A stretch of DNA of 64,000 nt, taken from contig BK006948.2 in the NCBI GenBank assembly GCA_000146045.2, forward strand, positions 544,001 through 608,000, written 5' to 3'. The DNA comes from TPA_inf: Saccharomyces (Eukaryota). Shown piece by piece: positions 55,401 through 64,000 of the stretch (position 1 is its first letter; the number at the start of each line of letters is the position of its first letter). A model generated the notes under the pieces. The model was given only the letters and a program-made list of their open reading frames with translations, did not search any database and was not told where the DNA came from. A program made the translations under genes and the position numbers.

Positions 55401-56380
55401 TATTGTTCAGCAAGGACTTAAATTCGAATAAAAGAATTATAGCAAAACTCAAGATGCAATACGATACCAAGATTATAAATCTAGGTGAAAGCGATGATGA
55501 AATTCAATACGACATCCTTGGCTTAGAAATCAAATATCAAAGAGGTAAATACATGAAATTAGGTATGGAAAACTCATTAACTGAGAAAATACCCAAATTA
55601 AACGTACCTTTGAATCCAAACGGAAGAAAACTTGGTGCCCCAGGCCAACCAGGTCTCTATATAAACCAGCAAGAACTAGAGCTAGAAGAAGATGATTACA
55701 AAATGAAGGTACATGAAATGCAAAAGCTGATAGGTCTAGCATCATATGTTGGATATAAATTTAGATTTGACCTATTATACTACATCAACACACTTGCACA
55801 ACATATACTATTTCCGTCCAAGCAAGTGTTAGATATGACATATGAATTGATACAGTTCATATGGAATACGAGAGATAAGCAATTAATATGGCACAAAAGC
55901 AAACCTGTTAAGCCAACAAATAAATTAGTTGTTATAAGCGATGCCTCGTATGGTAACCAACCGTATTATAAATCACAAATTGGCAACATATATTTACTTA
56001 ATGGAAAAGTAATTGGAGGAAAGTCCACCAAGGCTTCATTAACATGTACTTCAACTACGGAAGCAGAAATACACGCAATAAGTGAATCTGTCCCATTATT
56101 AAATAATCTAAGTTACCTGATACAAGAACTCGACAAGAAACCAATTACCAAAGGATTACTAACCGACAGTAAATCTACAATCAGTATAATTATATCCAAT
56201 AATGAAGAGAAATTTAGAAACAGATTTTTTGGTACTAAAGCAATGAGACTGAGAGATGAAGTATCAGGAAATCATCTGCACGTATGCTATATCGAAACCA
56301 AAAAGAATATTGCAGACGTAATGACCAAACCTCTTCCGATAAAAACATTCAAACTATTAACAAACAAATGGATTCATTAG
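52418..56380 (+). CDS. TYB: Ty1 Pol portion (TYB) of Gag-Pol; full fusion is join(51112..52416,52418..56380), 1755 aa
   Basis: Frame-2 translation from 52418 gives protease DSGAS ([12 protein letters not shown]), integrase HHCC zinc finger and DDE core, RT with FVDDM, and RNase H. Open to 56380. Confidence 0.9.
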
Positions 56381-57382
56381 ATCTATTACATTATGGGTGG
56401 TATGTTGGAATAAAAATCCACTATCGTCTATCAACTAATAGTTATATTATCAATATATTATCATATACGGTGTTAAGATGATGACATAAGTTATGAGAAG
56501 CTGTCATCGAAGTTAGAGGAAGCTGAAGTGCAAGGATTGATAATGTAATAGGATAATGAAACATATAAAACGGAATGAGGAATAATCGTAATATTAGTAT
56601 GTAGAAATATAGATTCCATTTTGAGGATTCCTATATCCTCGAGGAGAACTTCTAGTATATTCTGTATACCTAATATTATAGCCTTTATCAACAATGGAAT
56701 CCCAACAATTATCTAATTACCCACATATATCTCACTATTCGTCAAGTTCTTAAATCCATATTTTAATATTCATCAGTACTATCCTCTACTCTTTAGTTAC
56801 CAACACATTACTAATTCTTGCGCTCACCCTATCAGTGAATTTGATTACTTATATATAATTTTTAGTTATTGTTTGACAAAACAACCGTAAGAAATTTTTA
56901 TTTTGAATTTCATCAATTGGTGACAACTCATAAAAAGAAAGCTAATGCTCAAATGCATCGTTGTACTAACTGCCATAGTGTAAAATCCGTTTAAGCAGAT
57001 CGAGTAAAACAGCTGTTGTCGATCTTATACTTTTCTATGGAAAACACTATTTAAGCGCTATGTGCCCTTACTTTAGAATGATGACTTTACTGTAATATGT
57101 CAACATTTTTATTCTCAGCAAATCTTTGGCAGCGTATTTACATAGTCGTCTTTTTTATAATATTAATGACACAAATATAAGGCTTAATTATTAATATAAT
57201 GCAGTCTGTAAATGGGTGCAAACACTTTATTTTGTCATATGTTCAAATAGAATTCATGCCGTTTCCATCATAAACTCCTGATTCTCACCGATTACTGATA
57301 GTTTAGCTTCAGAGGTCGACATCCCATAGATGATGACGAAAGCAAGATTACGGTCGAATAGTTAAAGAACACATGCCTTACT

Positions 57383-58342
57383 TTACAAAAAATCTATTAA
57401 TTTATCAACGAATATTTCTACATTCAAAATGATGTCATCTTTGGTATCAATGAAACAACAATTATCCCCAACAAATCTGTTACTACTGCTGACTCTTCCG
57501 GTGACCACGCTAGTTGGCCAGTTTTTAACATCCCACTTTAAACCACGGGTTTCCTTAACCAAAGTAGCCTCTCCAATAGGCAACAACCCACAATTTCCTA
57601 TACAAGTGTTCCTAAATTGGGGATCATACTCAATCAAAGTTCCATTTTTTTTGATTAAGAATATTAAGTCTGTTGGAGTCATGTAACAAAGCTTGAAATA
57701 GCTTGCATTCTCGGATAAGGTATACAATTGCGTTATTGAGTGAACCGTCTGATCAAATCTACCACCAATTCCTCCTAGTGCTAATAGACTAATTGGAGTC
57801 ACTTTCGAGAAAACCAAGGACTCGGTCATAGTATTGTATAATGTGTGAATACCCTTTTCCAGTTCAATTCCATGATTTGACTGAAGATTGTCTTTATTCG
57901 ATATTAAAGAACGAAATTCTGGTGAATTGAAGTGTAGAGAGATCAAATTAACGCACTTCGTGAAATCAGTCGAATATTGTGTAGTTTGTTTTATTATAGT
58001 TACTTTGTTTTTCCTATAATACTTGTAAACCTTTTCTGATAGTGAATCCAGATCGCCAATAATATAATTGGGAAGATATTTTATCCTTAGGGTTTCGTCA
58101 TCATCTAGGTAGTCATATAATCTATTGGCTGCACCATCTGCACAGACCTTCAAGTCATGCAGCTTCCAAATTTTGTAAAACAACGGTCTAGGAATGTCAA
58201 TTTTTTGATTAAGTATGAGTAGGGTAGAGTTTTCATCCTCGTTTGGATGGATTAGTTCTTTTAAGTTCATTTTATTTCGGATGTTGATTAAATCAGTACC
58301 AATTTTAATACGTTCAGGATTTTCAATACACTCCTCGCTCAT
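57383..58342 (-). CDS. THI80: Thiamine pyrophosphokinase. Annotated start MSEECIE; the ORF remains open 13 codons further upstream, to 58381.
   Basis: 319 aa from MSEECIENPERIK. Matches YOR143C. Confidence 0.9.
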   Translation of the reverse strand: MSEECIENPERIKIGTDLINIRNKMNLKELIHPNEDENSTLLILNQKIDIPRPLFYKIWKLHDLKVCADGAANRLYDYLDDDETLRIKYLPNYIIGDLDSLSEKVYKYYRKNKVTIIKQTTQYSTDFTKCVNLISLHFNSPEFRSLISNKDNLQSNHGIELEKGIHTLYNTMTESLVFSKVTPISLLALGGIGGRFDQTVHSITQLYTLSENASYFKLCYMTPTDLIFLIKKNGTLIEYDPQFRNTCIGNCGLLPIGEATLVKETRGLKWDVKNWPTSVVTGRVSSSNRFVGDNCCFIDTKDDIILNVEIFVDKLIDFL

Positions 58343-58716
58343 AGCAGTGATATTCAGCTTTTTATTGTTCTTTGTGACCAATTGTGATCTACAAATTTCT
58401 AGCTTTTATCAAAACCACAGTACTTAAGAAGCTAAATCTTTTATAAACGCCTTATCATTCACGCTTTATTTGTAATTCCCATCAGCCATTTTTTTTCAAG
58501 TTTTCGCATATTTTGCATTTTTCGCTGTTTTGAAATATGCACTATGAGGAAATAAAGGCAACTATTAGAAGGAATTTAGGATTGTGCTGCATTTGCTTAA
58601 TGCAAGGTTGCAGAATTTATTGATATATAAAGTAGTAGTATATTTCCCCGCACTACCATGCTATATTTATTATACATACGTGTTCCTGTAACGATGCACG
58701 CAATTTCATATCAGTG

Positions 58717-61092
58717 TTATTTGTTCTTTGAAAAGCCTGAGTGCAAATGCTCCCATTTTCTCACGACTATGCTCGGATCAGCGTTGAACCATACGTTTTT
58801 CAAGACACCCTCTTGTGACAACTGATAGACCAAATCTTTGTATCGTCTTTCTGATACATTTTCACTATGCAACTCAAATATTTGTTTGTTTTCATTCTTG
58901 ACATTGGCGTCACTTTTAGCGATTTCAAAAACGAAGGGATTGATCTCCGCTTTAATTTGTTGAGTTGTGGCGCTCAGCAGATCAATCTCGGCATTTTCGT
59001 TCAGAGTTTCATCATTATAAATTCCTTTGAATTGGTTCAAAATATCAGAAATTTTCTTCGAATTTCTCGTCCTTCTTGCCGACTGAAGATGGTCATACTT
59101 CGGTATTCTTGACGCCAAAAAATTTAATGTAGATTCTGTCATTTTTTTGAACCTGTTAACAAGGTATTCGTTATCAAGCCTATGGTTTGCTTCTCTAACA
59201 TAGGAATACCGAGCTTCCAATTGTTCTTGGATGTGTTGGTAAATATTCAATTCAAACGGTAATAACGGTTGTCTATTGGGGTCATTTAAATGCAATTTAT
59301 AATCTATCACGTAATCAAATTTTAGTTTCATTTCATCATCCAGATTTTGATCCTGGAAAGTATTAACTTTTTCTGGGGTCATTGTGGTAGAATCTATTTC
59401 TTGTCTAACCATGGAACGATTGAGCGTTGCTTGACCAATAACATCATTTATGGAGAGTAGATCAGTTAATTGCGATATATCTTTAACGCTTGAACCAAGA
59501 GTTGATGTTAGGACCGGTAGTCTGTTCTTGGATGAAATCAAATCAGCCTCAGTATCAACGCACCAAAACTGCAAGTGCATCAAGCACTTCCTAATATCCG
59601 CATTATTTTGTTTTACAACATCGCGAAGCCAGTCGTCACAAACTTCGATTTCAAGGGACTTTAAATATTTTGTTAGAAACGCATAGACTGTGGATGTACT
59701 AATTTTCTTAGTATGAAACAAAGAGTTTTGTTCACTTGCCAAGGCAATAAGTTCACTAGGAACTAGTGACAAATCCTTACAAGTCAATACGAGGGGCCTT
59801 CGTGAAAATTCACAAAGCTTGCTGATCATTGCCCAATATCCCCTATCATGTTCTTTAAATAAAACATCAACATCATTAAATAAAACAAGCCCGTAGTCAC
59901 TTTTCCTTTTTGAGGAATCTTTGACATAGTGTGTGGTGGTAAAATCTAGTAGGATATCAAGCAAATCTTTTTTGCTCCTGTTCATGTTTGAATTAACTTC
60001 ATATATCTGGTAAGAATTATCGTCGCCAGCAATCTCTCTCATGATTGTCTGTATCAGCGTTTTCTTGCCTATTGAATTTCCGTGTAATATCATTAGTGGA
60101 ACAAATTCGCTCAAGCTGCTATTTGCTTCGCCATTTCTGTAGAAATCTGGACGCAAGTTTTCGTCTTCTTCGAGATCAGGTACAATGAAGTTGGCAAGCT
60201 CATCACCAGATCCCTGTTGTTTATTGGGATTTATTCTGTTCAATAGACGGTTCCTCAAGGTAGGCTTTTCTAGCGTATGAAAGGATGTTTCAATCCAATT
60301 TTTGATTCGAAGTTTCAATTTGGGTTCAATTAATACTTGTTTTAAAGTGACAGGCTTGAATAGCTGCGGCCATGTGAGAGTTGTATTTCTTTTAATATTT
60401 GTGCCAAGTAATACCGGTGCTTGATAGCGAACAGGAATACAAGATGCTGAATTCTTGTCTTTCAACGATTCATAGTCACTAGGAAGAAAATTATGATTTA
60501 ATGGCGGTATTGTGCGGAAAGGAAGCGGGATATCAACACTCCGATCTGACAGCTCTTTGTCACCTACTGGGAAAATCGATTGATGTAATGGTAATGGTGG
60601 CTCTATTTCATTTAGTTTAGAGATGCTATTTAATCTTTTGAACGTGTCGGTTGTCTCATGTTTAAGGAAGTTTTTAATCTTTGATGCTCTTTCATTAAGA
60701 AGCGATGATTTGATTCTCGATGTGGAAATTATAGAAATATCATCTTCATGCTCCTGCGAAAGTGCAATTTTGCTACAATTAGTCTCACTTTTGGGACTCT
60801 TATCACTGATTACAATAAGATCATCATCGTCGTCATCGCATTTTTCTTTTGTGCGTTTCGTCATCAAAAACTCCTTTGCAGATTTGTGATTAGTAGAAAC
60901 AGCTTCAATTGGCTTCACAACAGAGTGGTTTAAAAATATTACTGAAGAATCGTCATGTTTGGCTGTTCTGGCGTCAAAAGTGCCTGATTCAGTATCATTT
61001 TCGTCATCGATGGTAATCTGTAGAGCATCTTGTCTTCTCACTTTTCTCTTATTTCCTGTCAATATATCAGATAAAGACACGTGCCTTTTCAT
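58717..61092 (-). CDS. ELG1: RFC1-like clamp (un)loader subunit required for genome stability (PCNA unloading)
   Basis: 791-aa ORF with AAA+ Walker A ([10 protein letters not shown]) in the middle region. Matches YOR144C. Confidence 0.92.
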
Positions 61093-61346
61093 TGGAAAAC
61101 CTTCTCTGATTCAAAAAGTTTAATGCTATGGTACCATACGATTTAGTGCAGCGAAGGTGGTCAGTGAAGACGTTAAATACATGAAGCAAATAGCCGGATA
61201 ATAATACTAAACTAATTTATCACCGCTAACGTTACGCGTTTGGCGTCCTAAAAAAAAGAAGGAAAAAAAAACCTATTTATTCACTCTATTTCGCCATAAA
61301 ACGACATATAAATATTATACAGATGATGAAAGCCCACAAATTATGT

Positions 61347-62171
61347 TTAGTAGCGTTCTTTTAATCTAGATGCAACGGTACGTAAGTTCCCATAAACTTT
61401 ACCTGGAGGGGAACCCAAAATTAAACTAACCACAGATTCTCTTGCCATTCTGATGTGGGTGAACCCGCCCAAAATGTGGATTTTAGAGTCAGCTAAGACA
61501 ATTCTTGTTCTTGTAGCGTTTTCAATCGCAAATTTCGTTTTACCGTCTTTACCGGCAATACGACCGATGGCTCTCGACAAATGGTCACCTGTTAGAGTCT
61601 TGACATCTTTGACTTCAAAAGTCTCAATATATAAATCATCTAGCCTCAATAGTGCGATAGAATCGTCAAGATCAAACCCTAAGGTAAAGGCTTTGATAAA
61701 ATCGGCCCCTTTTTGCAACGCACCAGGGTCTGTGGTAAATTTAGGATTCGTTCTTAGTTCTACGGATTTGGTCTTTAAATTCATTCTGACTTGCAGCTTC
61801 AAGTGCTCGACCAAAGGAGGATAAATTTTTGTCCAACTGTTCCTCAAGGGTGTCATTCTGTGTGGTGGAACCATGATCTTTCTCGATTCAAATTTTATTT
61901 TGTTACCCTGTGTTTTGCTAGCTGAAGTGAAGCGAGGTTTCCCCTGGTCATCAACCACTACGGTCTTAGATTCGTGCGTTTTCCGGCTACCTTCTTCGCC
62001 CTCTACCTCTTCTTTTGCTGTGTTATTGTCGGAATCATCTAACAGAACGTCGTCATCATCGTCCTCATCGATGCTTTCGGTATTATTTATTCCTATAATT
62101 CTACTACTGCCCCCATCTTGTCCACTTACAGGTGTCACAGTAGCCTTTTTCAAAGCAGTAGGCGCAACCAT
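61347..62171 (-). CDS. PNO1: KH-domain pre-40S assembly factor (partner of Nob1). Annotated start MVAPTALKK; an upstream in-frame ATG exists at 62189.
   Basis: 274 aa from MVAPTALKK with C-terminal KH domain. Matches YOR145C. Confidence 0.92.
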   Translation of the reverse strand: MVAPTALKKATVTPVSGQDGGSSRIIGINNTESIDEDDDDDVLLDDSDNNTAKEEVEGEEGSRKTHESKTVVVDDQGKPRFTSASKTQGNKIKFESRKIMVPPHRMTPLRNSWTKIYPPLVEHLKLQVRMNLKTKSVELRTNPKFTTDPGALQKGADFIKAFTLGFDLDDSIALLRLDDLYIETFEVKDVKTLTGDHLSRAIGRIAGKDGKTKFAIENATRTRIVLADSKIHILGGFTHIRMARESVVSLILGSPPGKVYGNLRTVASRLKERY

Positions 62172-62606
62172 AATGTAGTTTATTTTCACTTCAAGTCTTT
62201 TTCTTAACTAAACAGAAGAATATTGAAAACTGCCTATTATTGATGCAATATGTATCTTTCATTGTGATGAGCATCGGTATGATAATAAGGAAAGAAGAAA
62301 AATTTTTTCCCGCTCGCACTTTCCGTAAGAGGTGATAAAAAACAGACCTAATACTGTAGTAATCTTAACTGCATTTAGCCCTACATTTATTATTTATGAC
62401 CTTACTCTTCATATGTAGGTTAAAAAATTCGTATAAAGACACATTTGACTTTTTGTCACTTTTTTTTACTTCTCGTTATTGGTTCTAGCTGATCCTTGAC
62501 TTACTATGGAGGGATGCATATTAAAGTTGACAGTAGATTTGCGTCAAGAAGTATTAAAACAAAAGGCACATACAGATTATCAGGTGGTGGGAGGTTTATA
62601 AAATTC

Positions 62607-64000
62607 ATGCTAATCACACGTTTACGGGTCCCTACAATAAAGCGGCCACTGCTTCCAATTACAAGTCATCTCGTAAGACACTGTATTCGAACTTACGTCG
62701 CAACTAATCATGGAAATGTCAGACCTTTTATAACACCTTACAAGAGTTCGTTACCTGTTAGATGTTTGATCGCCCAAAGGCACATCCGAACATTTCCAAG
62801 CAATGACAAGTTCACTACCAAGGCTTCCAATATTGAGACTATTTTGCTGAGAAAAAATAATGAGCGAGAGTTCAAGCAATCGCTTCTAGCAGATGCAAAG
62901 AATTTTCAAGAAAGGTTCAAAATCAATCTAAAGTGGATTCTTATTAAAAACAACAGGCCGTTCTCTCTGAATGAAATAAGTATTATAGCGTCTTGGCTGA
63001 TATTGTCACAAATTCTATGGCTCATTCTGAGCACCACCACTTTCATTTCGTTCTATCTATTCGTCATTAACTCTGTTTTCAGTCAGGAATACATCCATGA
63101 GAAGAAAATCTATGAAAGGCTTCTAAAATGGTTGTTGAAAGATCATAAGTGCTCCAATCAAGATTTGGAAATCACATTTTCTCCGGAAGATAAAGCATCA
63201 ATGCTTGTGCTCTCTCCAGACTGGGAGTCAAATTCAATACTTATAAAAAGGCTAAATGTCAGGGATGAGATTTTGGACTTAGACTTAAAATTTCACCACA
63301 TTAACCTGAATGTTTCCCTAAAAAATTGGTTACTTGGCAGGGGACTAATTACAAATGTTTCAATATACGGTATTAGAGGATGTTTGAACTTATCCAATTT
63401 CATCAATTTAGTAAACTCTTTTCAAGGAGATCAAAAGACGGAGAATTTTTTGAAAACTTTAAATAACGTTGAAATTACTGACTCAGAAATTCTTTTGAAA
63501 CAATCTCTGAGTGCCCAGGAAACTCCGAGTCTAAAATTTTCCATTTACAATCTATCTTTACCACGACTAAGACTGAACCATTTTATTTCTGATATTCTGA
63601 GTGCCAAAACATTTTCTGGTTCAATTAATAATTCTCTTTTCAACTTATTTAAGAGGCAACAAAAGTTAACAGCAGTTATTGAAAATAATAACAAAAATAG
63701 GATGGCAAGCTCGAAGTTTGATTTCACGGACAACAATCAGGAAAATTACCGCACAGTGACTCATCAGGATGATCCGAATTATGTAACGACGTTAAGATTG
63801 AACTTTATCAACATTAATGATTTAAAATTTAATGGCGATGGTAAGTTCAACTGGTTGAAAGACGGCCAAGTTGAAATACTTGCTGACATAATGCTAACAA
63901 ATTCTACTTCTCATCTATCATCGGAGTCGAAATATGCAGTGGTGGATTTGAAGGTAACTTGTAGGGACTTGAAGACAACTTTCCCTCAGGAACCTCCAGT
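62607..64000 (+). CDS. MDM32: Mitochondrial inner-membrane protein for mitochondrial distribution and morphology; N-terminal about 464 codons, continues beyond window end
   Basis: ATG at 62607, then MLITRLRVPTIKRPLLPITSHLVRHCIRTY... Reading frame stays open to the window edge. Matches YOR147W. Confidence 0.85.
   Translation, partial: MLITRLRVPTIKRPLLPITSHLVRHCIRTYVATNHGNVRPFITPYKSSLPVRCLIAQRHIRTFPSNDKFTTKASNIETILLRKNNEREFKQSLLADAKNFQERFKINLKWILIKNNRPFSLNEISIIASWLILSQILWLILSTTTFISFYLFVINSVFSQEYIHEKKIYERLLKWLLKDHKCSNQDLEITFSPEDKASMLVLSPDWESNSILIKRLNVRDEILDLDLKFHHINLNVSLKNWLLGRGLITNVSIYGIRGCLNLSNFINLVNSFQGDQKTENFLKTLNNVEITDSEILLKQSLSAQETPSLKFSIYNLSLPRLRLNHFISDILSAKTFSGSINNSLFNLFKRQQKLTAVIENNNKNRMASSKFDFTDNNQENYRTVTHQDDPNYVTTLRLNFININDLKFNGDGKFNWLKDGQVEILADIMLTNSTSHLSSESKYAVVDLKVTCRDLKTTFPQEPP

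Larger units (their letters stand above)
50821..56734 (+). mobile_element. Full-length Ty1 retrotransposon (5914 bp) with identical 332-bp LTRs. Consistent with YORWTy1-2.
   Basis: LTRs 50821..51152 and 56403..56734 (TGTTGG...TCTCA) are identical as far as I can read them, and the ORF-track antisense ORFs inside them are identical. Internal TYA and TYB are intact. Gag begins [20 protein letters not shown] (Ty1-type, not Ty2). Confidence 0.93.

Noticed and set aside
61873-62178. Plus-strand 101-aa ORF antisense to the PNO1 5' end (YOR146W, dubious)
   Set aside because: Shadow of the acidic/Ser-rich PNO1 N-terminal region.
1-64000. A previously undescribed biological system, such as a novel defence locus, gene cluster or prokaryote-style island
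   Set aside because: Every sizeable ORF corresponds to a known, characterised S. cerevisiae gene in canonical chromosome XV order. The only accessory DNA is Ty1/delta material at tRNA genes, which is fully described biology. The window is eukaryotic, so no CRISPR arrays, operons or similar are expected, and none were seen.

Overview
Every large ORF in this window matches a known Saccharomyces cerevisiae protein. They line up as one contiguous stretch of chromosome XV right arm, RPO31/YOR116C (partial, window start) through MDM32/YOR147W (partial, window end). The assignment rests on recall of the yeast proteome, not on a database search. The window holds about 29 verified protein-coding genes, all intron-less except PFY1. 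PFY1 has a 13-nt first exon that the ORF track misses. There are two tRNA genes, tD(GUC) on + and tG(CCC) on -. Each tRNA gene has Ty LTR material in its upstream Pol III target window. One is a degenerate solo delta about 150 bp upstream of tD(GUC). The other is a full-length, apparently intact Ty1 element of 5.9 kb with identical LTRs, TYA/TYB, the CUU-AGG-C +1 frameshift heptamer and a CTATT target-site duplication. That Ty1 is nested inside an older solo delta upstream of tG(CCC). Regulatory motifs consistent with known regulons are visible. These are an Rpn4 PACE before RPT5, PAC-like/RRPE motifs before RPO31 and PNO1, twin TGACTC before ADE2, and STRE pentamers before GCY1 and BAG7. I see no evidence of an undescribed biological system. 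This is an ordinary, well-annotated yeast core-chromosome region. The observations worth a second look are structural or regulatory details: unusually GC-rich, hairpin-forming intergenic islands flanking BAG7 and in the RUP1-SFL1 divergent promoter; a (CAT)8 tract; upstream in-frame ATGs on several genes; and nested Ty architecture. Coordinates of motifs were counted by hand and may be off by a base or two.
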